Positions 25,159 through 39,617 are shown, counted from the stretch's first letter. The stretch is DNA of 64,000 nucleotides from Octopus sinensis (GCF_006345805.1 NC_043006.1:5270001-5334000); one strand, 5' to 3'. Numbers and translations are program-made. The notes: generated by a model from the letters alone, not told the origin.

Positions 25159-26694
25159 TACACATACATACATGTGTACATACATATGGACACTCATATA
25201 TATATACACATGTCTATGTGTGTGTGTAATTCGTGGATCTGCCGCTGGAAAAATTTCTCTCCAATTGAAAGTCAACGGCCGACAAAACCTGGCGCAATGG
25301 TTGGCGTCAGAACGTAGAAAACCGAAACAAATGGCGCCATCGCATCTTCTACGGCGCTCTAATAATCCAGCCAACCCACCGACCTGAACTGGTGGTAATT
25401 TATTCATAAACACTGAAATGATGAAAGACAGAGCTGACTTAAATATAATTTGAACTTGTAGCGCAGAGACCTTCATGAAATATCACAAAGCTTTCTAATC
25501 GACACGCTAAGCCGTCTACCAACTCGCTACCATTACTGGCTATCTGTGTTGTTTCGACAAGGTAACCTAGCCATGCGACAAATGGAATCAATAAAAATAA
25601 CCACCCATCTAAAATAAATATGGTCTTGGTAATATCGGCTGAAATATTTGATGGTGTACCCCTGTATGACTTTACTTCAAGAAAGGAAATAGGTAAAAAG
25701 ATATATAAAAAAAGGAAACTGTCTCGTAAATTTCCCTGTTGAAGGTTTCCTGCAGAGTTGTCAATGGTAATTTTGCCTAATGTAGACCAATCCTATCACG
25801 ACTGTTCACTACAACCGAAAAATTGTTGATGCAAAAACTAAACGAACTGAAATTGATCGAGCGGAAATAGAACCTGCATTGTAAACTCGTTTTGAGTGAG
25901 CTTACTGCCTCTCCACAGCATTAACTCTGTGATGTTGTACAGATATAAAAAATTTATCAACATTGAAAACAAAATGTGTGTACATGTCTGTGTGCGTGTG
26001 CGTACATGTGCGTGTGCGTACATGTGCGTGTGTGTGTGTGTGCGTACGTGTGTGTATTTATGTTTGCATACAAACGCGTATATATGTATTAGTGTGTGTT
26101 TTTATATAGATGGTGAGACATGAACCTATCAAAACATTGGTTGACAAAGGATATAGTGGATATATGTAGAATATGAATGTATTTTTACAAGGATAAGTTC
26201 AACAACGGATATGTTAATGATCGCCACAAACAATAATGCGTTATATATGCAAATCGGATTATACGATTTACCTCAACTATTAACAATAATGAGTTTATAA
26301 GCAATGTCATTGAACAGTTAAAGAGAGTTCTCGGTTACTGATGAAGTCCCAACATAGGAATGAATGTAGTAAGCTTCATTTCACTTCCATGACCACAAAG
26401 ATTTTCTTACCGCTGAGGTACAAAGATAATACCAAGATCTTTATAGTTTTCAAGTAGGGCTTACAAGAACTGTTGAAGGAAGGAAACATCCAGAAATCAG
26501 AAATCTTCCAGAATGCTTACATTTATCTGTTACTTGTAATGCAGGCTAAAACATGTAGATGTATTCTTTATATGCTAAACTGTACTATATGTATGTAGGT
26601 ATGTATATATGTATGAATATATGTATGTATGTATGTATATATATAATATATATATGTGTGTGTGTGTGAATATATATATATGTATATATATATA

Positions 26695-26739
<45 letters not shown>

Positions 26740-26778
26740 TATATATTATATATATTTATATACATATATATATATATA

Positions 26779-27008
26779 ATAATAAATATTAGGGAATAAA
26801 TCCAAATTTACAGGGAAAAAATCAGATTTAGGATTAAATCCAATTTTATAGTAAAATATTATATAATATTAATTCGAGACAAAACCACTATTTTGCAAAA
26901 CAAACAAGGAAAGACTTAATCAATACATAAAAATTTTAATATAAAGTAAATAAACCGCCACTACAATTGTTTCATGTCTTCAAAATAGTGGTTTTGTCTC
27001 GAATTAAT
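26779..27008 (-). mobile_element. mini insert in (TA)n with 28-bp inverted duplication and half a hammerhead
   Basis: 26868-26895 is the reverse complement of 26981-27008. The minus strand reads ..CATGAAAC AATT GTA-GTGG (GAAA, palindromic stem III, GUA) and is cut at the inversion point. Confidence 0.55.
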
Positions 27009-27034
27009 TATATATATATTATATATATATATAT

Positions 27035-27081
<47 letters not shown>

Positions 27082-27109
27082 CATACATATATATATATAT
27101 ACCTATGTA

Positions 27110-28000
27110 CACGGTACGATGGGTAAATTGCCACCATTTTATGACGACATTGTTTCTGACTTTGTGGATTACACAGTATAATAGGGTCAGTTGGGCACCG
27201 TCTGTGAGAAAAACTACACCATGACACAATTCACTCTGCCAGAAATTTGGAAACGACATATTGTACTGCTCGGCATTCGCGCCGGAAGCTCCAATACGAA
27301 CATTTCAGAGTATTTGGATGTCAATCTGAGCAATCTGAGTATGTGTACCGAGAGTGATAACAATCAAACATCCAGTCAACATCATGGTGTTTGGAGCGAT
27401 CACTTGTGATGGCGATGTTATACCTCCATTCATCTTTTCACATAGCCTCACACTCAACACGGAGGTCTACATCTAGTGGCTGGAGGAGGTAGTGCTGCTA
27501 TTGGTCAAGAGAGTGGCTGCTGGAAGACCCTGTGTCTGGCAACAGGACTCTGCACCAAGCCACAGAAGCAGGAGAATCTAGTCATGGTTGTCAGATAATT
27601 TCTACGACCACATCTCCTCTAGCGTCTGGCCACCTAACTCCTCAGACTGCAACCCCCTTGATTATATGTGTAGGGCGCAGTCGAGTGAGAGACCAACAAA
27701 ACTCTTTGTAAGACCAAGGATGAATTCAAGGCAAGGATTATGGCAGCATTCACCAACTTAAACAAGGAGACCATCCAGAAGAGTTGCGGGAGATTCCGAA
27801 GTCATCTGGAGACTGTGGTTGAAGTCAATAACGATTTTATTGAATAAATTTACTCTTTAGGTTTTAAAAAATATTTTTATGTAGTTTTTAAAATGAGAAA
27901 TCAGTTAAGCTGTTAAAATGTTAAATGAGATGTTAAAATGAGATGTAAGTGTTATTTTTACTTTTGGTAATATAGACGGCAGTTTATTCATCGCACCCTT
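27110..28000 (+). mobile_element. Tc1/mariner (DD37D, maT-like) non-autonomous element with decayed transposase C-terminus
   Basis: KHPVNIMVFG, WQQDSAPSH and WPPNSSDCNPLDY motifs; imperfect TIRs after a TA. Confidence 0.85.
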
Positions 28001-28139
28001 TCTCTGTCTCTGTCTCTCTCTGTATATATGTATATATATTATATATATTTATACCTATTATGTATATATATGCACATACATACATACATACATACATATA
28101 TACATACATACATACATACATACATACATACATACATAC

Positions 28140-30905
28140 AACATTTTAAAATTACAATTCGCCAAAAAATGTTGCTACTTATTCGAAACTATCTTTGAGC
28201 AACAGACTATTCCCAACACGAGTGAGAAAAAAATCCGACTGATCTAATGTTTAAGGTTATCAACGATGTTGCTGGAGAGCACATGGAATCACGTGATGCT
28301 AATTACTGGAATAGTAATACTCTTATATACACAGCCGCTATTACTCTTAATGAACACCTAGGAGAAATCTACAGCGAACAAAGTAACGAAATTACTAAAC
28401 GGAAAAAAAAACCTAGATGGAAAACAAAACTTGAAGAAAACATCAACAACGTGCGCCGCCATATTGGATGGTTAAGTACAGAAATAAAATGTAAGGAGAA
28501 AAATGAGTTTACACCTCACCAACAAAAAACTCAGACAAAAATTAACGAAACTTTATGGCAACTCTTCAGACCGAGTTCTTGAGGGAAAGCTAATCACTTT
28601 AAAACACGAACTCAGGACGATGAGCGGGAAACTGAGCTATTACAAGCGAATTTTTGAGCGAGCCAGTATCAATCGTAAGTTTGCTTCCAACCCATGAACA
28701 TTATACAGAGAAATGAGGAAGGAAAATATTACCATTCAGAAAGCTCCCTCCCGAGAAGATCTACAATCATTCTGGTCAAAAATTTGGAACGAAGAGAATG
28801 CATCATGGTTAAATACAATTGAGAGAGAATACTATACCAACACTAACTGTAAAACATACAAAATTGATGCAGAAACCTTCGCTACAGCAGTAGGCAAACT
28901 GCAGAATGGGAAGACACCTGGAAGGGACCTAACAGTTGGGTATTGGTACAAGAAGTTGAACTTTTATAGAAACCAATTGATATGTATGTTCAAAAAGACT
29001 ATGGAATGTTAGACTGATATACTAAATTGGCTTGCTACAGCAAGGACAAATCTTGTTGCCAAAAATGAAATCACCGAGGTGACAGGAAACTACAGGTTCA
29101 TTGCTTGCCTAAACATTATGTACAGACTGTACATAAGTTGCCTCAACCAATTCCCCCAGGACCATTGTGAGTCGAACAACATTGTGACTGGTGAACAGGC
29201 TGGTAGAAAGAAGGAAAAAGGATTTGCCGAACACCTTTTAATAAACAAAGCTGTACTGTCTGACGTAAGAAAACAACGCAGAAACCTTGTGACATTATGG
29301 CTTGACTATAGGAAGGCATTCGACTCATGGCTGTTGAAGTGCTATCATCTGGCAAAGGTACCTACTACCTTAATTGCTGCTATAGAGAGACTCACAAGAC
29401 ATGGACAACTATTCTTACCCTTACAGCTGAGAAGAGAATTATTGTTTCTAATAATATGGACATTACAAAGGGAATATTCCAGGGAGATACTCTTCCTGTA
29501 CTTCTTCTCCTTTTGGCACTGAATCCATTATCGTTCCTACTGCAGAAAACAAATAGCCACATGCTAGGATCTTCAACAGCTAGAAATATCAATGTAACTC
29601 ATAATTTCCTTGTAGACGACCTGAAGACTTATGCTAAAAGTGTTAACAATGCCAAAAAACAACTGGAATTAATAGCAACATTTTCAGCTGATATAGGTAT
29701 GGAATTTGGCCAAAAGAAATGTTTATATTTGGTTATAGAACGAGGAAAGTCAGTCCCCCAAATCCAAAACCTGTGCATCAACGGTCTCTCTATCTCCCCC
29801 ATTCCACACAAAGAATGTTACAAGTACCTAGGCACAGACGAAAATGTATCATATGAAGGGACTGTGAATAACAATAGAGTGACCCTAGAATATTACACCA
29901 GACTTAGGAAAATATGGCAGTCGGAACTCTTATAACAATACAATATCCCACAATGCATTTGCTGTACCAGAGCTGATTCCAACATTTGGGATACTTGATT
30001 GATCTGGAGAGGAAATCCACTCCATAGATATCAAAACCCACAAAATTCTGACAACTGGGAACTTCCACAGAAACAGTAATTTTGACATGCCTGGGTATGT
30101 TGCCCGGAGGCTTGAAGAAGACAGTAGAAGTGACACGAAGCGCAGCCTCTCTTGGACACAAGATCACTATATCACATCACACTTTGAAGGCCATGCATTT
30201 GCAATCCAAGAACAGGTGAGTGTCACAAGGTACCTGGTGAACAAGAGAGACAGTGACGCTCTTGTAACCACAAGGTGCAACCGCAGGTGTACACTATATC
30301 TTGTTTCTGTGGAAGACATTACGCATGTGATTAGCAGCTGTCCTATAATGTCGTCACGGTACTACCTCCGTATGCGGCACAATGTTGTTGTTAAAACAAT
30401 TTACAATGCCATCCACAAAAAAGACTGTCCTGAAATAAACTTATTAAATACCCCTGTTATGGAATACATTCATAAACACCAACTCAAGGAATACTGGTGG
30501 AATATTTCCATCAAAACGTCTGTCAAATTTAAGCATAACAGGACAGATATTGTTGTTTGGGACAGAGGGGCAAATGTATGTACTACTATAGAGGTTAGCT
30601 GCCCTGCAGATATAAATATCTCTTTGAAAATAAAGGAAAAAGAGGATATCTATGGACAACTGCTTCGAAACCTCCAGCTTCTATATCCAGACTATGAATT
30701 CATATTCATATCAATAATAATTGGAGAACTAAGTTTTGTTAGTAAATGATTAAAGGAGATTCTGGATAAACTGGGATTTTCAGAAAGAGAAATTGACCAG
30801 CTGATTCGTACATTACAAGTCCAATCTGTAAGTGGAACTGTTAAAATATGCAAGACTTTTCTCAAGTTCCAAATGTGAATTTGTCTGTATTAACTACGTT
30901 CTAAA
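28140..30905 (+). mobile_element. decayed RLE-type LINE (R4/Dong-like): RT, CCHC and restriction-like endonuclease, frameshifted
   Basis: ORFs 28247-30749 carry NYRFIACLN, WLDYRKAFDS, IFQGDTL, FLVDDLK, YKYLG, HVISSC..RHN and TDIV..IEVSCP..EKEDIY. Confidence 0.92.
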
Positions 30906-30947
30906 GATGGGGCCTTGCATCTTTAAAAATGGGTAAGGCTAGTTTAT

Positions 30948-31008
30948 GGGATTACCTTAGGTTTCCCGTCCATAACGGGTTTAGCTTTATGGCGTGTCGT
31001 CAAATCCC
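30948..31008 (-). ncRNA. type-I hammerhead motif (C3U variant)
   Basis: Reverse complement: GGGAT-TTGACGA-CACGCCAT..ATGGACGG-GAAA-CCT a AGG-TA-ATCCC. Confidence 0.65.
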
Positions 31009-31650
31009 AAAAACCTGTTGGCCCATGACCACTTAAAAATATGGAGGGGGAAATGCCTGCCTACTACGCGGTTGTGAGGTTGGTCTCTATGGTGATTTTC
31101 AGTCCCATGGAGGCAAGCGGGCTTATTAGATATTTTCTAAGCCTGTCTAATGTATGCTTGCACCCCGTTGAGTGTCATCTCTGTAGAGGTCAAAGGAGAC
31201 AGAGGGGGAAATTTTTCTAAGGGTATCGAGGCTGTACCATCCGCGACATCAAAGGAGCCCGTGTGGTTGGATTGCTTGACCCATGCCGAACCTTTGTTGA
31301 ACAGCACTGTCTTTCTGGCATGCATAATAACTTCTAGATCTCTGTCGCTAATGTTAGTAAAGTCCCTAGCGAAAGAAAGCGCCTTGGCCAGTTGTCCTTT
31401 TGATACAGACGGGTAGAAGTCGAGTATATCAAACTGGGTGAACCTTGCTCTGCCTCTTCCTTTGTTGGTGTTAAACCATGCGGTCACTTCGTTGATGTTG
31501 CACCAGAGAGAAAGGTTGGTGGCCCTCCTTATGTCGTTATTGATATCTCTCAATATGTGCTTGCTCGCCAGATCGATCACGGATTTGGCCGAATTGATCA
31601 TGCGGCATTTAGAGTTTGACGCAAAGTTTTTATGGGCCAACGGGTTTTTT

Positions 31651-31710
31651 GGGTCTGACTATACGCCATAAAGCAAAACCCTTAATGGACGGGAAATCTG
31701 AGGTAATCCC
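31651..31710 (+). ncRNA. degenerate hammerhead motif, inverted partner of 30948-31008
   Basis: GGGT-CTGACTA-TACGCCAT..ATGGACGG-GAAA-TCT g AGG-TA-ATCCC. Confidence 0.55.
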
Positions 31711-32177
31711 ATAAACCGGCCGTCCTCATTTTAAATATATACTACTCTACATCTTAGCGTGTGTTTTTTTCGGATTTACGTTTTCTACAAACGATCGATA
31801 TTTATATATATATATATATCTGTTCATATACATAACATGCATATATATATATATATATATTCATGCATATTATAGATATTTATATATATGTGCTATACAT
31901 CATATACCCATACCTATTTGTTCGCGTGTTCACATATGCCTAAGACTATGCGTAGACAAACTTTATTGCACACATATTTCAATATTTAATCCGTAGTGGT
32001 CTATGTAACTTCTCTTACTATATGTGAGTATATTTATGCGTGAGTGTACACACACACACACACACACATACAACACACATACATACATACACACATATGT
32101 ATATATATATGGTATATATGTATATATATATATATACATATACCCATCCATATATGTATGTATGTATGTATACATAC

Positions 32178-32226
<49 letters not shown>

Positions 32227-32641
32227 TGTATGTATGTATGTATGTATGTATCCGCCCATTCACGCACCGTTACATACACGCATATACATACAAGCAATTA
32301 TATATACGTGTGAATGTATATACATGTATCCAATGATATCAATTCCATATTGACGATTCCTTACTGTTTCATGTTCCATATCCTGGGCATACAGTTATAC
32401 ACGTATGCATACATACACAAACATATACACAAGCGTATAGTGTACAAGCATTTATGAAGCCGTGAGAAGTATATTGTTTTTCCTAATGTGAGTGCTTGTA
32501 TACATGCATGCATACACACATATCTATATACATACATTCATACACACACATACATACATGCATGCATACTTACATAACATGCAAAGCATACATACACATA
32601 TACACATATATACAAGGGAAGCTCTGTGTGTGTGTGTGTGT

Positions 32642-32681
<40 letters not shown>

Positions 32682-33747
32682 CTTATGTATTTCATAATCG
32701 TATATATGTGCATCTGTTTGATTTAGTTTTTGAAATTTTTGTAAACGACAGATGACCCCATCATTTCTAAGATCTTTGAATACCTGCTGATAAAATGCAC
32801 TTATTATAAGTCGTTTCGAATTCCTTATAATACATAAAAAAGAAATATTAAATGTGTTATAAAACTTTATTATTTAATTTTATTTCTACCCACGAGTTTT
32901 TTTTTTTTTTTCTTAAATGAGGAAATCACTTGCTTTCTCTGATTCTATTCCATATGCGATAACCAGGTGTTAAGTCGTAGAGATCATCAGAGAACGCTAG
33001 CAAACTGATCATATGACATGTTGCCATATTACAGAAGTAAAGATTTATAAATGACGATACCAGCGAGAGTCGAAAAAAATGGGAAAGTCAGTCCATCTGG
33101 CTTTTCTATATTTTGCAACATGAGCGTATAGTTGTACATGTGATTTTCTCATTGCTGGATATATGTAGATTCAGCTGCATACATTTGTTGGAGGCAAACG
33201 ACTACGATCAGTGGCGGATATGCTTCGAAGAGAAACAACCGCCTCTCATGAGAATTGTAGCATTTACATAAAAACCTAATGCAATTTCACTTGTTTTTTC
33301 GCTAATGGACAGCGAAATACACTTGAGCCAAAATAAACATAAAAATCTAAATTACAAAACATAACAATATATTTACCTGCATGTTGATAATATATCAGGG
33401 GTTGTTTCAAAAAATTACCACTGGTTTTAAATTATCATATCCATCAAAGATTCTCCTGAAACTATCTGAACTGAAGGGCCTAAAATATAAGAAAATATAC
33501 TCTTATGACCAACTTTAGGTGTTTTAGATTTTTAGTTCCTTTCATCCATCGCGTTAAGATCAAGCTGGATCATCGTATCAGGAAATAATTAGTAATATAT
33601 TTAACTAGCAACGTTGAACTTACTAACTTCTTTGATGAAATTAAAGCTTTAGTTTTGTAGATGACAAATAGAATGTTATTAGAGTCATGACTTTTCCATT
33701 GGCATTAAATAATGTGAAACCAATTTTTCAAATATCATAAAAAACAG

Positions 33748-34654
33748 AGGAGAGTATAAAACTAGAAATTTATAATATAGAAGATCATAGAAAATATGTT
33801 GAGATAATAGAAATATGTTGAGATATGAAAGGCTACTGGCAATATGAACTATGGTTCATATTATTGTAGCAGCGATCACGTTCAGTTATGAATTTTGTCG
33901 AGGTCTACAATAATTTGAATTTATATAAGAAAATGTAGACCAAAATGAATCCAACACATTTATACCGAAAGAAATTCTATATTGCATGGTTTTCTATAAA
34001 TTTCTGACCGTGTAATAGTTTACAGAATAACTGTGGAATATGTATGGGGTTTGCTAGATGTGCTTATTTATGCCAATGAAAAAACCTAATAATGATAATA
34101 ATAATGATGATGATGATTCATTATAGTGTTGATATATTGTTACAAGAGAGGACAATACACTTCCTGTCAAAGGCCACCATATGTCTCCGACAATGATAAT
34201 TAGTATTCAACTTCGTGGTGAACCCGACTGTAAACGATACAATAGTAAACTATAGTTCATGGCTAAAAATAACAAGAAAACCATATTAGTAAACGCTAGG
34301 ACACAGAAAATAGCCAATGAAAAAACACAAACGCAACAGTCAATCAATAAACGAAAACCAAACCAGATTGTATCAGTTCTCGCCTGAAGATGGCAATCGC
34401 TCGAAACTAATTGCGAAATTTCAAGTAATAGTAATAGTAACAGTTTCAAATACTGGCACAAGGCAAGCAAATTCTAGGGAGGGCATAAACCGATTAGATC
34501 GACACCAGTGTTCAACTGGTATTTATTTTATCGACCTCGAAAGGATAAAAGGTAAAGTCGGCCTCGGTGGCAGTTGAACTTAGAGCGTAAAGACGGGTAA
34601 AATGTCCGCTAAGCATTTCTCCCGGCATGCTAACGACTCTGCCAGGCCGTCGCC

Positions 34655-34656
<2 letters not shown>
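33748..34656 (+). repeat. copy 2 of the ~0.9-kb duplication, including hammerhead-like motif 34380-34416 and SINE B remnant (~34455-34655, minus)
   Basis: TCGC-CTGAAGA-TGGC aatc GCTC-GAAACTAATT-GCGA; colinear with 20546-21440. Confidence 0.9.
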
Positions 34657-34707
<51 letters not shown>

Positions 34708-35050
34708 TACATGTACACACCTTGCATTTAACATAAAATGATAGAGTGATCAGTATGATCAGTATAAGAATATTACAATTTTCATCTATATGCCGGCGTT
34801 GTCACAACTTTTAAAGCTGCTGAAATCTATTGAAAATAATTGGAAATGAGAGATAATTGACATATCACCTGTCAACATTCTGTAACTTGAATTGTCAAAA
34901 TTGTCAAAATTCTATAAGTTGTAAGTGACCAACTTCCGGAATGAAACATTTATACAGTTATAGTTAAATTCAGGAAAACGTCTTCGTGCAAGAGTTTAGA
35001 AAAGAGCCCAATGAAACAGAAAAATAATTCATTTTCTGGAGGCATGATAT

Positions 35051-35435
35051 ACTCTTTTACTCTTTTACTCTTTTACTTGTTTCAGTCATCGAGCAAATCG
35101 ACCCCGGGACTTATTCTTTGTAAGCACAGTACTTATTCTATCGGTCTTTTTTGCCGAACCGCTAAGTTACGAGGACGTAAACACACCAGCGTCGGTTGTC
35201 AAGCAATGCTAGGGGGACAAACACAGACACACAAACACACACACACACATATATATATATACATATATATACGACAGGCTTCTTTCAGTTTCCGTCTACC
35301 AAGTCCACTCACAAGGCATTGGTCGGCCCGGGGCTATAGCAGAAGACACTTGCCCAAGGTGCCACGCAGTGGGACTGAACCCGGAACCATGTGGTTGGTT
35401 AGCAAGCTACTTACCACACAGCCACTCCTACGCCT
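35051..35435 (-). mobile_element. SINE family C
   Basis: Reverse complement of 3565-3975 with a small deletion. Confidence 0.9.
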
Positions 35436-35655
35436 ATGAATAAATACGACTCTAAACCGAATAAGCAAATTGAAGTGCATTCACTAAGATATAATTCTGT
35501 ATAGTTTTCCCTGGGTAAGTTTCTTGGGGTAACGTGTATATAAAATTATGCATACGCACATCGTCTTCATCAAGAGAATAAGGAGTGAACAATACTAGAA
35601 AGGTATTAGTTTTCATATACACTGACTTTGACAGAATTTTTTATGTGTGTGTGTG

Positions 35656-35723
<68 letters not shown>

Positions 35724-35724
35724 A

Positions 35725-37790
35725 TTGGGTTAGCAAGAAAGTAATTTCGTTTTACACAAACAGAGTTATGATTTTTGTGAATGACTTTTGTCAATGTTAT
35801 GATTTTTTTCTTTTGACATTTGATAACCGTTACTTTTAGCTTACTTTAGATGCAAATTGCGCGTAATTTTGTTTACAGCTGTTAGTTCAGTGTCAATTTT
35901 AACATGGAGTTCAAAAACGAACATTTTTGCCATATTTTGCTTTTTTATTCCCGCAACGGCAAGAAAGGTGCTGAGGCTCACAAAGATATGTAAAGCTTAT
36001 GATCTTGATTGCTTAACAAGACGCACATGGGAGAAATGGTTCAAAATATTCCATTCTGGAGATTTTTCACTGAAAGAGGACTAACGTTCTCGTGGACCTA
36101 CTGAAGTTGGTGTTGACCGAATTAAAGCCATAATTGAATCTGATTGTCATATAAATGTGCGAGAGATTGCAGAGAGATTAAATGTATCACACACAACAAT
36201 TGAAAATCACTTAAAATGTTTTGGACTCGTTCAGAAGCTCGATATTTAGGTTCCACATAAATGGAAAGAGATTCACTTAACACAACGAATCAATATTTGC
36301 AATATGCATCTCAAACGCAATGAAATCGACCTTTTTTAAACGAATCATCATTGGTGATCAAAAATGGATTGTCTACAACAAAGGTTCTCAACGGGAACCA
36401 TATGGCCCCCGAGGGGCATTTGGAGCGCGAGGGTGGGGTTGGAGCAAAGTGGCATTAGAGGGGCGTTAAGAGACTTGAGGATGTTAGAGGGGCGCTGGAA
36501 GGCTGTCGTCTTTGGTAAGATTAATTTGAAATTAACGAGTAGTAGCCATATTTTCACATATCTGCGACAGTTTAAAAAAACCATGCCTTTTTGTTTAAAA
36601 TTTTCACAACTTAAAAAAAACACTTATTCGACTTTGACGATACCAAGAAAATTCCTGGTACCACGTGTAACTGGTGTCACTAAAGGGAAACCCCCAAAAC
36701 AAAAACAAAAACTAAAAACAGATGAATAGTGACAGACAATTAAAAGAGAAAAAGTAAAGAATAAAAGCGAAAAGCTGAATGTGTGTGTGTTTGTGTGTGT
36801 GTGTTCAAATATATAAAGAATGGTGGTCAGAATTTTGGATCAAACTGGCTTTTCTAAGTGGCTGATAGGTATGTATTTGTGTATGTGTGACAATAACATA
36901 TATGTCAGATTGTAGTACAAGTTCTAGCTGTTTTGATAAAGGAAATCGGAAAGGTCTGAAAGGATTTCATCGGTATTTACTTGTACCGAAGAGCATTCTT
37001 TCGATAGACAATATGTTGATCTCATAAGTGTCGCGTGGTGGAAATAAACGCAATTATCAAACTGTTAATTCATTATTTCGTTTTATTTTTTTCTTTGCAT
37101 TTTAATTTGTGCATCTGTACTCCCGACTGCGTACAAGCGCATATGTAAAACGACGTCCTTTAATTTTTTTAATCATTATCTGCTGATATCAAAATAAGTA
37201 GTATATTGAAAAATAAAAATATTTTCTAGGGGTGTTGGGACATTTGTGACTCCAAAGGTCAAAAGGGGTTTTTTGGCCAAAATGGGTTGAGAACCTTTGG
37301 TCTACAATAACATCAAGTGAAAACGATCATGGTCCAAGCGTAATAAACCTTCACAAACCACATCGAAAACTGAATTGTATAAAGAAAAAGGTCATGCTGT
37401 CAATTTAGTGGGATTACAAAGGTGTTGTGTCTTTTGATCTGCTTCTAAGGAACCAAACGATCAATTCAGATGTTTACTGTCAACAAGTAATGAAACTGGA
37501 GGAAGCAGTCAAAGAAAAACGGTCAGAATTGGCAAATCGTAAAGGAATTGTGTTCCACCATGACAACGCTAAACCACACACGTCTTTGCTAACTCATAAA
37601 AAATGATTGGAGCTTGGGTTGGGAAGTGATGCCACATCCATCATATAACCCTGATCTTGTACCATCAGATTACCATTTATTTTGAAGTTTGCAAAATTCC
37701 TTGAATGCTAAAACTTTCAACAATGATGGTGACTTGAAATCGTGCTTTCTTCAGTCTTTGGTTGATAAGGACCAGAAGTTCAATGAGACC
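35725..37790 (+). mobile_element. mariner (DD34D) transposon pseudogene, interrupted by a hAT-like element and 3'-truncated at (GA)n
   Basis: TA plus TIR TTGGGTTAGCAAGAAAGTAATTTCG; motifs VPHK, IIIGDQKWIVYNN, FHHDNAKPH and HPSYNPDLVPSDYHLF. Confidence 0.9.
36379..37299. mobile_element. non-autonomous hAT (Charlie-like) element with 8-bp TSD
   Basis: TIRs CAAAGGTTCTCAAC / GTTGAGAACCTTTG; TSD GTCTACAA at 36371-36378 and 37300-37307. Confidence 0.9.
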
Positions 37791-37799
37791 AGAAGTTCA

Positions 37800-37872
<73 letters not shown>

Positions 37873-38131
37873 TAAAGAAAGAAAGAAATGCATGTTTGCA
37901 CATAAACATATATAGGTGACTGGTTAAAACATAGTGGTTAGGAAGGTTGTGTACTGGATGGTAAATTGGTACAATACATCAAGCCATAATCATAACTGAA
38001 TCTCTATTTTTGCATGTTTGATGTATTGTACCTATCTATCTTCCTTGTTCTTCATCTTCCGCACTATTGTACTTTATCCAGTAGTCTCAACTCTAACACT
38101 TTTTGTGGCTGTTTGATATATATATACATAC

Positions 38132-38189
<58 letters not shown>

Positions 38190-38193
<4 letters not shown>

Positions 38194-38386
38194 ATCCAAA
38201 CAAGAAAACACAAAAAAACACAACAACGCGAGGACGTGGAACAAATAAAGTATTATTGGACGCTCAGGAAAGAAGGGAAGAAGGAGGGTTTAACGTTTCG
38301 AGCGGATCTCTTCGTCAGAAACATAGAAAAAGGAAAGATCCAAGGAAGGGAAGACAGAGGAAAAAAATCGCTAACGGTACACACGA
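38190..38386 (-). mobile_element. short PLE terminal-repeat insert with minimal hammerhead (38288-38322), 3' end abutting (TA)n
   Basis: Reverse complement: GTTT-CTGACGA-AGAG atccg CTC-GAAACGTT-AAAC; same family as 47974-48165. Confidence 0.75.
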
Positions 38387-38816
38387 GAAGCTCTTGCTTA
38401 ATATTTTCTTTTATTGTACCTTTGTTCACTTCGAGTCTATTGCTTCTCATCCAATCATACAAGCACTGTTACTTGTCCATTCCTTTGCACATCAAATTCA
38501 TTTTAATTATCAGACGGAAAGTTTTATTTAACTCCGCTCACAGCAAATAAATTTAGCAATTCTTTTAACTCTATATATTGACCAATTTGGCCGGCATGGA
38601 CCAGTTTCCCCGGATTCTGGACGAACATTAAAAGAAAAAAAAACACACAGAGCAACTATATTTCTAAGACACATAATGAAGAAATATTTTTTATAAATGG
38701 ACATTTTTTTATATCGCAAACCTGCTTTAAAATGTTTGCGAATCTGGAGCTCAGCAAACTTGTTGATAATTTCTCAGATTAGCACTCTGCCTCTCTGTGT
38801 ATCTGTGTATCCACCT

Positions 38817-38847
38817 GTGTATGTATGTATGTATGTATGTATGTATG

Positions 38848-38881
<34 letters not shown>

Positions 38882-39280
38882 TGTATGTATGTATGTATGT
38901 ATGCATGTGTGTATGTATGCACGCATGTATGTATGTATGTATGTATGTATGTATGCATGCATGTATGTGTGTATGTATGTATGTATGCATGTATGTATGC
39001 ACGTATGTATGTATGTATGTATGTATGTATGTATGTATGGATGTATGTATGTATGTATGTATGTATGCACGCATGTATGTATGTATGTATGTATGTATGT
39101 ATGTATGTATGCATGCATGTATGTGTGTATGTATGTATGCATGTATGTATGCACGTATGTATGTATGTATGTATGTATGTATGTATGTATGTATGTATGT
39201 ATGCATGCATGTATGTATGTATGTATGTTTGTATGCATAATGTATATATGTAAGCATGTATGTACGTATGTATGTAGATA

Positions 39281-39323
<43 letters not shown>
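38817..39323. repeat. (TATG)n microsatellite then (TA)n
   Basis: Seen directly in sequence. Confidence 0.97.
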
Positions 39324-39326
<3 letters not shown>

Positions 39327-39617
39327 GTAGGTCCCGGGTTGAGTCAGGGTTAACCACAGTAAATAAGGTACTCAATACATAGCAGAGTAAAGTAATTTAT
39401 TTTATAGAAGGAGCTTCTACAGGACTAGAACTGTTTCATTCCGATGAAATCTTCAGGAAGCTGGCTATCAAAATAAGTTCTGGTATATATACATTTAGGC
39501 AGATTTAATGGGGTGGTGGTGGGGGACGTTTTTGGCTAGGTTGGTATTTAGGAGCCAGCTTCCTGAAGATTTCATCGGAATGAAACAGTTCTAGTCCTGT
39601 AGAAGCTCCTTCTATAA

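Larger units (their letters stand above)
30922..31797. mobile_element. Penelope-like element relic: RT fragment (minus, 31137-31640) between inverted hammerhead-bearing terminal repeats
   Basis: CRMINSAKS, FTQFDILDFYPSV, HARKTVLF and FDV motifs are typical of Naiad-type PLE RT. 30922-31026 is approximately the reverse complement of 31632-31735, and the tail runs into (TA)n. Confidence 0.9.

Noticed and set aside
26333-26375. TTACTGATGAAGTCC..GGAATGAATGTAGTAA hammerhead-like string
   Set aside because: GAAA and stem III are incomplete. It could be a very old relic but is not supportable.
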